This document shows positions 11,888 through 24,810 of a stretch of DNA of 64,000 nt, piece by piece. The position numbers and the translations under genes were made by a program. Below the pieces are notes generated by a model that saw nothing but the letters and a program-made list of their open reading frames with translations, ran no database searches and was not told the origin of the DNA. Numbering within the stretch: position 1 is the first letter of the stretch; every line of letters begins with the position of its first letter. The DNA lies in NCBI GenBank assembly GCA_951406725.2, contig OX597815.1, positions 72,044,001 through 72,108,000 on the forward strand, in the 5' to 3' direction. The stretch comes from Octopus vulgaris (Eukaryota).

Positions 11888-13409
11888 GATCAATAAATCA
11901 ATATGTACGTTGTTTCATCTCTATTGAACACATCTAGAACATACTTTCTCTTCTGAAATAACATTTGTCTTCTTCTGTTCCATTTTGTTTTGTTATTTGT
12001 TGCAAGGTGAGTCTTTGTTGTTGTTGCTCTTTAGATTCCATTTTACTCCTGATTAGGCAGAGCTATGATCGTAGACTTTTCATCATGTAACTAGGAATAC
12101 ATCATCCACAGAGACTTTCTGGTGTGATGTTCCTTTTTCATGATAACATAGTGTTTTACAAGGGAAGTCTAACTTATTTCTGATAGACTGAGCAACTACA
12201 TGGAGGCTTCTTCTTGTAGGCTGGGTGGTGGAAGTAGTAAAGTGCTATTTAAATTAAATATCTAATGTTTTTTTTATCAAATATCTTACATGTCAATATA
12301 GACTTCATGACAAAGGTGCTGTGGCTGAATGGAACAATAAAATCCAAAAACACTTCAATATGTACCCAAGCATGGCTATATGGTTAAGGAGTTAGTTTCA
12401 CAGCCATGTGGTTCTGGGTTGACCAATACCTTGTGAATAGAAATTGGGTGGTGGGAACTGTGCAGAAGTTTGCCATGCGCGCGTATGTATACACATGGTG
12501 GTAGTGATGTTCCTGAAGGGAAATAACTCTAAAAAAAAAAATGAATGTAAATGGATAAAGTGAACTTAACCATTTGCTGAATAGATAGTGACAAAATAAT
12601 ACAGACCAAGTGCTAGGTTGTAGGTTGACACAACTAAAACACTTGAAGGCTGTACTGCAACAGGGTCACAGTGCAATGAGTGAAACTAGTAAAGGAGTAA
12701 ATGGAAAAAAACAGTATTTTTATAACTGGAATGCCATAAAGAATATACCCAGGGATGCAACAGCAAGTTTATATTTACATCAGTTGTTTGTAATAGGCTT
12801 GGCTCATTGATAAAAAATAAATTTGTCAGAAGCATGTATTTTTTTGAAAGCTGTAAAATTCTGCTCTGAATAAACTCCTCATCTAACCCTTACTAGCATG
12901 AAAAAATGGATGTTAAATAACACCTCTATGTCATTGTATACACTTCGCCAGACTTTTTTTTAAATATTTAATCGATTTTCTTTTTCTTTTTTTGCAGGTA
13001 CACCTGTTTTTTTTCCTTCATGATTGCCAAGTTTTGGAATGGCTCTTTGGTACCATTCCTTAATTGATGTGCCTCTGTTAAACTATACTTACTGCTTACT
13101 GTTTCATTATAAATTCTTCTGGTGGTACCATTCTCTATATGTCTCCCTTTATGTATATATGAAAATATATATACATATATGTATATGTGTGTGTATGTAT
13201 GTATATATATATATATTTATACATACATACATATATGTATGTATATATATATAGATAGATACAAATATATGCAAATATATGTGTGGACACACACATAAAC
13301 ACACTTTAGTCTATGTACAAGAGCATTTGGTCAATAAAATTCTCTAAAACATTTTCAAGTTTGACTAATTTAATTGAAGATATTGTTGTCATGTGTTTCA
13401 TTGTCATCA

Positions 13410-14040
13410 TCATCCATCATTTTGAATCCAGGTTTTGTCGCCATTAACAGGGGTGGCTCTCAATGCCATAGCAACTGCCCTCACACCATCTCCCCATCTT
13501 GCTTGGTTTCGGGTGTCCTCTCTTCTCAAGCCAACCCTCCCAATCTACTCCTCCATCTGTCCCCTCCACATTTTCCTCGGTCTACCTCGCTTTTGCTGTT
13601 CATTTACCTCAAACTCTAGCACCCTCTTCAGAATATGCTCCTCATACCTCCTCAACACATGTCCATACCACTGCACTCCATTTGCCCTTGCCAGCCACTC
13701 CACTGATTCCTCTGATCCCACCATCCCCTTTAAGTCCTCCGTCCTCTTATCAAACAGCCTCACGCCACACATTTCTCTCACCATTGTTCTCTGACTCCTT
13801 CTCAAAATTGCCATATCTCTCTCTCTCTCAAACACCATGTCTCACTCACATACAGCATTGCAGCTCTCACACAACTCCTATAGACCTTTCCTTCCGTCTC
13901 CAATGAGAACCTTTTCCCATATAATAATGCTCCACATTCTCTGAACTTCACCCAACCAAGTCTCACTCTTGCTGTCACAGCTGCTTCACATCCACCTTAT
14001 CTCCCAAATAACAGAACCCTCTCACCATTTCCACCTTGTC
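13410..14040 (-). mobile_element. Old RTE-clade LINE 3' fragment
   Basis: Minus ORF 13545-13838 ...MVREMCGV...WYGHVLRR...KRGRPRKMW, the RTE C-terminal signature; (GAT)n-type tail near 13405. Confidence 0.8.
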
Positions 14041-16437
14041 ACATAGTGTTTCCCTTTTTACTTTTTACATTTACTTTTCCGTAATTGCAATGGTGGGACA
14101 CAATTTGTTGAGGTAGAATTTCAAAGGGCTGATGCTCATTTTGTTGCCACTCCCCACACCTATTTCCAAGCCAGGGAATATTTTCCCCCATGGTCAGGCA
14201 TGAATTTCATGGAAGACTAGAAAAGAACATTTCTTGTGTGTTGTACAGTGGATGCTCAGTTGCAGTTATTACATAATGAAAAGACATGGACATATACACA
14301 AATACATACATACATTTTATATTTCAATGGGAGGTGCAGGCATGGCATTGCTTCCAAACCACATGGTTCAGGGTTCAGTCCCACTGTGTGGCGTCTTGAG
14401 TAAGTGTCTTCTATTACAGCATCAGGCTGACCAGTGCCTTGTCAATGGATTTGGTAGATAGAAACTGAAAGAAGCCTGTTGTATATATATATATATATAT
14501 ACTTTTATTCTTTTACTTGTTTCAGCCATTTGACAGCAGCCATGCTGGAGCACCACCCTGAAGGGTATTAGTTGAATGAATCAACCTCAGGACTTTTTTT
14601 TTAAAGCCTACTACTTACTCTATCAGTCTCTTTTGCTGAACTACTAAGTTATGGGGAGATAAACACACAACACTGGCTGTCAAGCAGTGATGGTGGAGAC
14701 AAACACAGACACAATGACACACAGGTTTACACATACACTCACACACACATATATATCAGGCACTTGCCATCAGTAATTACTCAGAGTAGACAGTTAGTGA
14801 CCTTTATGTAGTAAAACAGAAAAAATAAGCAAATCATAGATGCGCAACTGAGTTGAAGGCAGATCTGTTTCTGCTTTTATAGCACAAAAAGAAAACGGTG
14901 TTGTAGAAATGTACATAGCAGAAATATGCGTAGCTTAAATACTAAGATTGAAAAGCAGGGGCAAATTATACCTACCTAATCTGCAAAAGAATAAAACATT
15001 TTGCAATTTTATGCATAATAATCAGACTAACCTTCATAATTTTATTGAATTAGGTGCATATTTTGCCTTGAGAGGAAAATGTTGCTATCGATCTATTTTA
15101 TTTAAGGCAGGCACTGCCTACCTTGCCTACCTTGAATAAAATAGATCAATGGCAACATTTTCCTCTCATGGCAAAATATACAACAGGCTTCTTTCAGTTT
15201 CCATCTCACAAGACTTTGGTCAGCCTGAGGATTTAGTAGAAGAGACTTGGCCAAGGTACCACACATTGGGACTGAACCTGGAGCCATGTGCTTAGGAAGC
15301 AAGCTTCTTATTTCTTTATTGCCCACAAGGGGCTAAACAAGAGGATTAAGTCGATTACATTGACCCCAGTGCGTAACTGGTACTTAATTTATCAACCCCG
15401 AAAGGATGAAAGGCAAAGTCGACCTCAGCAGAATTTGAACTCAGACGAAATACCACGAAACATTTCGCCCGGTGTTCTAATGTTTCTGCCCTCTTACCAC
15501 ACAGCCATGCCTGTCCCTGTAACTTAACAATTCGGCAAAAAGAGACTAATAGAATTAGTGCCAGGCTTAAAAAAGAAGAAAAGTACTGGAGTTGATTCAT
15601 TTGACAAAAAGTTCTTCAAGGTAATGCTCCAGCATCGCCACAGTCTAATGACCGAAACAGATAAAATATAGAAGATTTATGTATAACATATACATACACA
15701 CACGCTCAAGAGGGTTTTTTTTTATAGTTCCAACAAATTCTATTTATGTGATTATGGTTATGCCATGCTGTGGGACTGAACCCAGAACTACATGGTTGAG
15801 AAGCAAGCTTCTCAACATCTCAGCCACATTTGCATCTCTGAATCCAAGGGTATAATCAAAAGTTTTTTAAAGAAATTGTAATGGTTTGTTTTAAACCACA
15901 TTCATACTGTCCTTACCCAAACTCTTTCTCTTAAAGCCTTTTTCTTTTACTGTGTATTGTTGCAATTTTGTGTGTTAAGGTCATCTCTGAAGATTTCTTT
16001 GTAGAAATTCTAGCCAGTACTGATTTTGTTATGACGTTTCGTATCTGAAAGGTTAGATGCAAACAAATAATGAGATTGAAGATGAAAAAGTTGGTAATGG
16101 CTGTATGTGCCATATTTTGGGAGTTTTTGCTTCTTCATCAGCTCCTATTAATCATCCATAAACTCATTGCTTAACTCTTTGGAGACAGAGCCTCATTTGG
16201 TGTTTCAGTGTCAAGAAGACATAGTTCTTTTCACAAGGCCTGTAGATGGCATGTACTTATTTTTCAAAAACAAATTATGAAAAAAAAGTAATTACTTTAT
16301 ATATTCTAGTGGGAAATTGAATGCAATCTTCTTCGTCGTTTAACTTTTCGGCCGATAGATTGGCCCTGTCATCTTCTAAGGGTTACATAGCCACTACATA
16401 AAGCAGTATAGCATTATTGGACATACCAATTTACATA

Positions 16438-16666
16438 TTAATCCTTTCATTACCATATTTATTTTGAGATACTCTGTGTTTCTTTCAATTAATTTTAAAT
16501 ATAACAAAGAATTTAATAAAATTACTTAGTCATCATTAAACAAGTGTTAGGAACATAAATTGTGACTAAGGTTTAGTGGAAGATTTTGATTCAAAACTTA
16601 TGAAAACAAGACATCTGTACTACAGAGGCAGAGGCAGTTTCAGCCTGGTTGGTACCGAAAGGGTTA
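16438..16666. mobile_element. TTAA-flanked MITE (piggyBac-like termini); relatives at ~21200-21425, nested pair 25847-26283, and a second family at 1735-1910, 5438-5665, 26593-26814
   Basis: ttaa-tcctttcattacc ... ggtaccgaaagggttaa terminal inverted repeats; AT-rich non-coding interior repeated elsewhere in window. Confidence 0.6.
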
Positions 16667-17634
16667 AACACATTCCTGGATGCTGGTAAAAGCATTGATT
16701 ATAGACACAATGGTGATTTTTTAAAATGGTGATTTCGGGGGAGGCAGGTAAGTTGATTATTGTGACCCTTGCTTTGAACTGGTACTTAGTTTATCAACCC
16801 CAAAAGGATGAAAGGCAAAGTCAACCTCAGTGGAATTTGAACTCAGGACTGAAAAGACAAGGAATGTACTAAGCATTTTGTCTGGCATGCTAACAATTCT
16901 GCTAGTTTATGAAATTATTGGTTTCAAATTTTAGCACACTGGGGTCAATGTAATCAACCATCCCTCCTCCAAAATTGCTGATTTTGTGCCAAAACCAACA
17001 TTAGTATGTAACTTGTATTTCTACCAAGTACACATTTGTAGATTTGATAACATCTTGCATTTCTCAATACTATATAATGTATTATTTGTTTAATATTATT
17101 AAAATGTAAGCTTCTGGTTGAGATTATTTCTGATAATGTTCTTGGGAAGTGTATGAATATTACCATGATCTTGTTGCCCACTTAAATGTGTTATGTTTTT
17201 AGCAGGTACGACACATGTCCCTGACCCTCACATTACAAATCCTTGTTTCCCAGGAATGATGTATAGAACGAAGGAAAGAAATATGAGAAAATGAGCTTTC
17301 ACAAACTATAATACTTTATTTATTCACTAAATAAAATAATACAGCAAACCAGGTGGATACATCATGAAGATAACTGTCTGTAGTAATCATACATAGTTTC
17401 TCAACTCAGTTGAAATTTGGTTATAAGTGCTTGGCAAACAGGAACAAAATGATGTGAGTGTGACATAGCTTCCTGGCAATGTCTCTCCTCTCACTGAAAA
17501 TTCTGACCTCACTTGTGATAATGAAAAACCATGCTATTTAAAGACAAAGGTTAAAACAGGCATTTGATTTTGTCGTGTTTGTTGGTCTATTGCATAACGC
17601 GATAGGATACAAAACTTTATCCTGCACAAAATTA

Positions 17635-18909
17635 CGAGGGACGTTCAATAAGTAATGCCTCTGACCCACTTGAAATTGTTTGATCTAGCTGAAATTTTCC
17701 ATGTGCAATTATTTCTATTTCTATAGATGAAGTGGCAAATTACAGCTCTGAACTAATTGTGGTTTCTGATTTACAGGTGTTTGAACTGAGTCAAGTGTGA
17801 AATGGATCCTGTTGAGTGTCGAGCAGTGATCCGGTTTTTGTATTTGAAAGGATGCACACCATGGGAGACTTTTGATAAAATGAAAGTAACTTATGGTGAT
17901 GATGCCCCATCATATGACCTTGTAAAACGCTGGCATCATGAATTCAAACATGGTCGGAACTCTGTGGAAACAGCTCCCAGATCTGGTCGCCCCCTTCTGC
18001 CATTGATGAGGCATCTGTCCATCAAGTTGAGGCTGCCATTTTGGAAGATCGACGCATAACTATTCGCCAAATAGCCCATGAGGTCAAGATTAGTACCGGG
18101 TCTGTGGAAACTATCATTCATGACCATTTGCATATGCAAAAGGTGTCTGCCAGATGGATTCCCAGGTTGCTCACACCTTTCCAGAAGCAAGAACGAGTCG
18201 AGTGCTCGAGGATGAATTTGGAGATGTGCCAAGAAGATGAGTCAAAATTTTTCAAAAGACTGATTACACAGGATGAAGCCTGGGTCCATCACTATGATCC
18301 AGAGACCAAAGCCCAGTCAATGCAGTGGAAGCACCGTGACTCACCTCCTCCAAAGAAGGCAAGGGTGCAGCCCTCCGCTGGCAAGGTCATGCTCACAGTC
18401 TTCTGGGACCAGGACGGAATAGTGATGACAGATTTCCTGGCAAAGGGTACCACAATTACAGGAGCCTATTATGCTTCACTTTTGAGGAAATTAAGAGAAG
18501 CTATCAAAATCAAGAGGCGGGGCAAGATCAGCAAAGATATCCCCCTCCTGCAGGACAACTCGCGTGTCGCCAGATCAGAAGCACAGGCATGCGGCTATGA
18601 ACTCCTCCCCCATCCCCCTACTATCCTGACTTTGCACCCTCTGAATTTCACCTCTTCCCAGCCATGAAGTTGTTTTTGAAAGGAAAGCGTTTCCCAGATG
18701 ATGCCGCCTTGATTTCTGAAGTCACGTCGTGGTTGGCGGACCAAGCTGGGGTCTTCTACAAAAACGGTCCCAGAGCTGCATCAAGCAATGGGAGAAATGC
18801 GTAACTCTGGGTGGTTCCTATGTAGAAAAAGACTAATAACTGTGTCAAGTTTCGTTGCTCTACTGCTATGGGAAGTGGGTCAGGGGCATTACTTATTGAA
18901 TGCCCCTCG
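17635..18909 (+). mobile_element. Full-length mariner transposon (~1275 bp, irritans-like), defective
   Basis: TA-CGAGGGACGTTCAATAAGTAATGCCTCTGACCCACTT ... AAGTGGGTCAGGGGCATTACTTATTGAATGCCCCTCG-TA TIRs with TA duplication; transposase inside. Confidence 0.95.
17802..18836 (+). pseudogene. Frameshifted mariner transposase
   Basis: ORFs 17802-18059 and 18041-18667: HTH region, WIPRLL (WVPHEL-like), TQDEAW, LQDN, and off-frame PYYPDFAPSEFHLF; several frameshifts and a short deletion after QDN. Confidence 0.9.
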
Positions 18910-20249
18910 TAGACCAGTCCAAAAAACAGACTCGGTCAAGTATTATATCATCATATGACCAGTTTATGTGACCAATCATTAGGAACATGCAGGATGAGTC
19001 AATTTCCAACTATTTAAGCATAAATGATGCAACATTTTACATTAATCTAGCCACATGTTCATAATATCTGAAAAAGCAGCAAGTAGATGTGTGAGTTGGA
19101 TTTGATAACATACAGAAAGCAAGAAATAATCTTCCCATATCTTACAGAGCTATTGATGTGGTATGAGTTAAGATAGGCAGGTTCTAAGACAGTCTTCATG
19201 TAGCTAATGTTTCACCATTTGTCTTCAATTATCATCATAGATTGAACTGGTACACATGGTGTGTTTGCTATTGAGATTTTTATCAAGAATTGTGAATCTG
19301 GAAGTTTTTCTTTGTTCTCTGCACCCTGTATAACATTTAATTTTAAATATCACTGTCAATTTAACCTTCTGTTTTTCCTGGGTCTTTATCAAAATAAATC
19401 AGTAACATTTAGAACTAATTCCCTTCTCTCCCTACAAAAAAAAAAAAAGGGAAGGAGGGGACTTGTTATGATGTAAAATAAAATGTTTTACTACATGAAA
19501 ACTTGCAGTATCTTTTATCTTCTACTTGTTTCTGTCATTAGACCGCATCCATGCTGGAGCAGCACATTGAGGAATTTTTAGTTGAACCCTAGTACTTATT
19601 TTCTTTTAAAGCCTGGTACTCATTCTGTCTAATTTGCTGAACCACTAAGTTATGCAGACATAAACACACAAACACCAGATGTCAAGCAGTGGTTGTGAAC
19701 AAACACAGACACATGCACACATTTAAACACATATACGATGGTCTTCTTTGAGTTTCCATCTACCAAACCCACTCACAAGGCTTTGGTTGGCCTGAGGCAA
19801 CAGTAGAAGACATCTGCACAAGGTGCCAAGCAGTGGGAGTGAACCCAGATCTATGTGGTTGGGAAGCAAACTCCTTACCACACAGCCATGCCAGCTAGAA
19901 AGTTTTTCTTTTTGTAAAGTACAAAAATGTACATAATCTATGTTGTAGTATAATTCATGTCAATTTAAATCAAGTTCAGTTCTGATGGAGAAAACCTATA
20001 AGAGTGGTTATTATTGTTTAACCCCAAGTTAGCCCTTATTTTGCAGACCTGTGATCAAAAGTGTTCCACTTGGGACTATTACGCTTTTTTCATTGAGGTA
20101 TAGTGTATCTATAACAGCTTTATCAAATGTAACACTTTATTTTAAGATTGTAGGGTTAAATTTGAGATAGATTTTACTACTATTTTTGGCAAATCCATCA
20201 TCCGCTGATAGGTCCCTGATAGTTTTGTATGTGTGTGTGTTTGCTTGGG

Positions 20250-20450
20250 TGTGTGCACGTATGTTTGATGCAATTTCAAGCAGACGCCATAATAATGTAT
20301 GACTTAATTACACTTACGGACATGCGCACAAGAAACTTCCTTTCAAGGTGTCGCGCTCCTCTGTCGCTGACACGAAATTTGTTTTTCTTGTCAAAAACAA
20401 ACTAATTTCCCACGTTTTAGAAGAAAGGATCATATTTATAACAACCAATC
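20250..20450 (+). promoter_or_regulatory. Probable NSA2 promoter / 5' UTR
   Basis: Local CpG retention (gacgccat, catgcgcac, gtcgcgctc) and pyrimidine run cttcctttc at ~20336 upstream of the ATG-only first exon; inferred, no TSS data. Confidence 0.45.
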
Positions 20451-20453
20451 ATG
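20451..20453 (+). CDS. NSA2: NSA2 exon 1 coding part (ATG only)
   Basis: aatcATG|gtaagt strong donor; supplies the Met for MPQNEHIE; brings total CDS to 783 nt. Confidence 0.8.
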
Positions 20454-20670
20454 GTAAGTAAAGTTTATAATAAAATATTTCCACCATTTAATTATCATAG
20501 AATACTTTAAGAGTTTATATTATCGTTAAATATTTGTCGACACGTGTGGATGTTTGGTTTACACAAAACCTCCATTAAACAATTTTCCCCAAAACTTTTG
20601 GTATCTGCCAAATATATTATAAAAGTATATAATGACTACATTTCCTATTGTGTTAGAAAATTATTTGTTT

Positions 20671-21055
20671 AGGTAATTTCCTATTTGACGTTCGTAAAAT
20701 CATAGTGATCCTAAAAGTTTATTTCAATATAACATTTCATATTTATAAGTGGTACACACAGCGAACAGCGAGTAGAAAGTGAGGAAAAACGTTAGATTTA
20801 TTTTGAATAGAGTTTTCCTCTTGGCACTACCATCCACGGCAGGCATACCAAGCAATCGCAAGTCGCTGAGTTTGACAAAGATTAGGCCAGTGTCGTAATT
20901 CTATGCTTTTCATTGAGTAATCTGCTCATCTGTATGTATTGCATTCTGATTCACAATAAACGAGGAGCAGCAGGGCTTTCCACGAGACATGCTAATCGAG
21001 TTGAAATGAAATTGAAACAAATTCGAATTTAAGCACGTCAAATAGGAAATTGCCT
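20671..21055. mobile_element. MITE in NSA2 intron 1
   Basis: TIRs AGGTAATTTCCTATTTGACGT / ACGTCAAATAGGAAATTGCCT, flanked by ttgttt direct repeats. Confidence 0.75.
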
Positions 21056-22045
21056 TTGTTTTTACAACGAGGTATTTTACTACGCTTTATTATGTGTGTA
21101 CTTGGAAAATTATGTGTCAATAAAAATGTTATTTACTGTTGATATTGTCTGGATATTGCGTCAAGACAACACAATCCATGTTAAAGAAATTGGGTTGACA
21201 GAAACTGTGGATCCCTGTTGGATATATTTTTGCTGAAATATACTATGTTCCACTTAATTTTAAAAATAATGAATTCTGTAAAATAATTTTGCCATTATTA
21301 ATCTGGTGTTTAGAACAAATATAACAAGATTTTGTTGAAAAGTTTTACTATAGATCACTTTAAAACAGTGTATTTGTATCATTGAACCAAAGTGATCTCA
21401 GGCGGGTTGGTATCAAAAGTGGTTAGACATTCAACATAACCATTAATTATATCTATGTAGGTGAGTTGTACGAATGTAGCTAAACAAATGAAGTTTTATG
21501 GAATATGAAGGAGTTACTACTCCAGTGTTTTCTGTAACTGTTAAGCTCCATACTGTTATATTTGGAGAATTGGGAAGAGTATCGTAATTAGCATAGGACT
21601 ACTATAAACCTGATGTTAAATAGAATGGCATCGAATGTAATAAATCATGAGTGTTTTGATTTTTGTTGTTCACCGTGCATAGGATGATATCGGTTGGCAG
21701 ATATCAATATTGGTCGACAAACAGTTCACTGAAGTTATAAACAAAAGTCAATGCTCATCTTATATTCATCAGTGCCTCTGGCTGATGAGATACATTGATG
21801 TTGAAACACTGGGTTGCTTCAGAGCCTCTTGGATTAATAAATCAAATGTTATGAACACACATTCATTATAAAGGAGAAGTGTTCTGTCATGAAACAACAA
21901 TGATTAGCATATTGATATTTGAATCTACTGGACCATATTAAGAATAAATATGCAAATCCTGGTTTAATGTAATGTCTAACATTTATTTGTATTGAATTTG
22001 TTAAAATGTTTCTTTTAAAACCTTTAAATTTTCTTAATATTTCAG

Positions 22046-22113
22046 CCGCAGAATGAGCATATTGAACTCCACCGTAAACGTTATGGACGTCGGTTTGATT
22101 ATGAAGAAAAAAA
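22046..22113 (+). CDS. NSA2: Ribosome biogenesis protein NSA2 exon 2
   Basis: ttcag|...|gtgagc; PQNEHIELHRKRYGRRFDYEEK. Confidence 0.96.
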
Positions 22114-22367
22114 GTGAGCTACTTATTTTTACATTTCTTTTAAGATAGTGGTAGAAGTAGATTGTGTCATTTAATATCTTAGTACACTATGAATTGACTA
22201 ATCTACTAGCTGTCTTTAGGAGCTAGATATTTACAACACATATATATAGACGCAGGTATGGGTTTGGTACCACTCTATGGCATTACAAGTGTTTTGAATA
22301 CCCCCGACAAACATTGCTCTGTGAGTGGATTTGGTAAATGGAAACCTGCTGTGTATTTGTGTGTGTG

Positions 22368-22399
<32 letters not shown>

Positions 22400-22591
22400 T
22401 ACACATTGTATTTGATGTTATAAAAGACATACTTCAATTTAATAGCACAAACTGAGGAAAAAGTTTTCAATACATTTAAGCACTCAAGTATAGTCCAATT
22501 TTCACATATAGGAGTGATTTTTGGCAGGGAGACATTTGTCTGGAAAAAATGGGTATCTTAAATATGGCATGTGTGTGTATATATTATATGT

Positions 22592-24810
22592 CATCATCAT
22601 CATCGTTTAACGTCCGTTCTCCATGCTAGCATGGGTTGGACGGTTCGACCGGGGATTTGGGAAGCCAGAAGGCTGCACCAGGCTCCAGTCTTATCTGGCA
22701 ATGTTTCTACAGCTGGATGCCCTTCCTAACGCCAACCACTCCATGAGTGCAGTGGGTGCTTTTTACGTGCCACCTGCACAGGTGCCAGGCGAGGCTGGCA
22801 TTGGCCACGGTTGGATTGGTGCATTTTACGTGCCACCAGCACGGAAGCCAGTCGATGCGGCACTGGCTTCGGCTACGATTCGGATGGTGCTTTTTACATG
22901 CCACCGGTACGGAAGCCAGTCGAGGCGGCGCTGGCATCGGCCACGATTCGGATAGTGCTTTTTACGTACCACCAGTCCAGGGGTCCTGGCATCTGCCGGG
23001 TGCCAGTCATAGGATTGGTTCAATTTCAATTCCGATTTCGATTTCACTTGCCCCAACAGGTCTTCGCAAGCAAAGTGGGGTTGGCATGGGTGCCTGTCAT
23101 CGGATGAGGTTCGATATCGACTTCGCTTGCCTCAACAGGTCTTTGTGTGTCCAAGGGAGGAAAGGCATGCATAAGTGGGCTGGACTCACTTGTCCTGCCT
23201 GGTCTTCTCACGTACAGCATATTTCCAAAGATCTCGGTCGCTGGTCATTTCCTTAGTGAGACCTAAAGTTTGAAGGTCGTGCTTCACCACCTCGTCCCAG
23301 GTTTTCCTGGGTCTACCTCTTCCACGGGTTCCCTCAACTGCTAGGGATTGGCACTTTTTCACACACCTATCTTCATCCATTCTCGCCACATGACCATACC
23401 AGCGCAATCGTCTCTCTTGCACACAACAACTGATGCTTCTTAGGTCCAACATTTCTCTCAAGGTACTAACGCTCTGTCGAGTATGCACACTGACATTACA
23501 CATCCATCGGAGCATACTGGCTTCATTCCTCGCGAGCTTACGCATGTCCTCAGTAGTCACGGCCCATGTTTCACTGCCATGTAGCATGGCTGTTCGTACA
23601 CATGCATCATACAGTCTGCTTTTTACTCTGAGCGAGAGGCCTTTAGTCACCAGCAGAGGTAAAGCTCCCTAAACTTTGCCCAGGCTATTCTTACTCTAAC
23701 AGTTACACTTTCAACGCACCCACCCCCACTACTGACTTGGTCACCTAGATAACGGAAGCTATCAACTACTTCTAGTTTTTTCCCCTGGAAAGTGACGGGA
23801 GTTGTTTTCTGCAGATTTTCAGAGTTTAATGCTCCCGAGCATCTGCCACATACAAAAACTATCTTCCCAGTTAACCTTCCTTTGATATTGCTGCACCTCT
23901 TATGTGTCCATAGCTTACACTGGGTACATCTTATAGAGTTTCTACCTACACCTTTTCTACAGATCGAGCAGGGCCATCTTCCTGAAGACATTTGTGGATT
24001 GTCTACCTTCCTACTTATTAGTACTTTGGTTTTAGCTAGGTTGACTCTAAGGCCCCTCGATTCTAAACCCTCCTTCCACACCTGGAACTTCTCCTCCAGT
24101 TCTGATAGTGACTCAGCAATTAGAGCAAGGTCGTCAGCATAGAGGAGCTCCCAGGGGCAACCTGTCTTGAATTCCTCCGTAATTGCCTGGAGGACTATGA
24201 TAAATAGGAAGGGGCTGAGTACTGAACCCTGGTGGACCCCAACCTCTACTTTGAATTCTTCTGTGTACATGTTGCCAACCCTAACCTTACTTACGGCATC
24301 CCTGTACATGGCTTGCACAGCCCTTACCAGCCATTCATCTATCCCTAGTTTCCTCATTGACTACCAGATAAGGGATCGGGGACCCTGTCAAAGGCTTTCT
24401 CCATGTCAACGAAAGCCAGGTACAGGGGCTTATCTTTGGCTAGGTATTTCTCCTGCAGCTGTCTCACCAGAAATATGGCATCAGTGGTGCTTTTCCCTGG
24501 CATGAAACCAAACTGCATCTCGTCCAAGTTGACTCTCTCCCTAATCAGTTGGGCTATGACCCTCTCTGTAACCTTCATTACCTGATCCAACAGCTTGATA
24601 CCTCTGTAATTATTTGTATCTAGAGCGTCTCCTTTACCTTTGTAGCAGTTGACTAGTATGCTGCTACACCAGTCATTGGGTATGACTCCTTCGTGTATCA
24701 CCTGGTTAACTATACGGGTGACTAGGTTATAGCCGACACTGCCAGATATTTTGAGCATCTCTGCAGTAATTCCTGATGGGCCTGGGGCTTTCCCTGTCTT
24801 CATGCTTCTA
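22592..24810 (-). mobile_element. 5'-truncated RTE-clade LINE (RT + PHD-like finger + C-terminus), recent
   Basis: Minus ORFs 24354-24803, 23647-24357, 23186-23650: KAPGPSGIT, QFGFMPGKSTTDAIF, GVHQGSVLSP, LLYADD, WYGHV..RGRPRKTW; (GAT)n tail at 22592-22604; CpGs retained. Confidence 0.95.
22755..22975. repeat. Four imperfect ~65-70-bp tandem units in the RTE 3' UTR
   Basis: Repeating ggtgc(t/a)ttttac(g/a)tgccacc...gcca...ggcNacgNttNgga unit at ~22755, 22818, 22886, 22954. Confidence 0.7.

Noticed and set aside
16335-16370. Minus-strand TGACAG-GGCC-loop-GGCC-GAAA motif
   Set aside because: Core deviates from CUGANGA and no stem I; may be a decayed remnant but unsupported.
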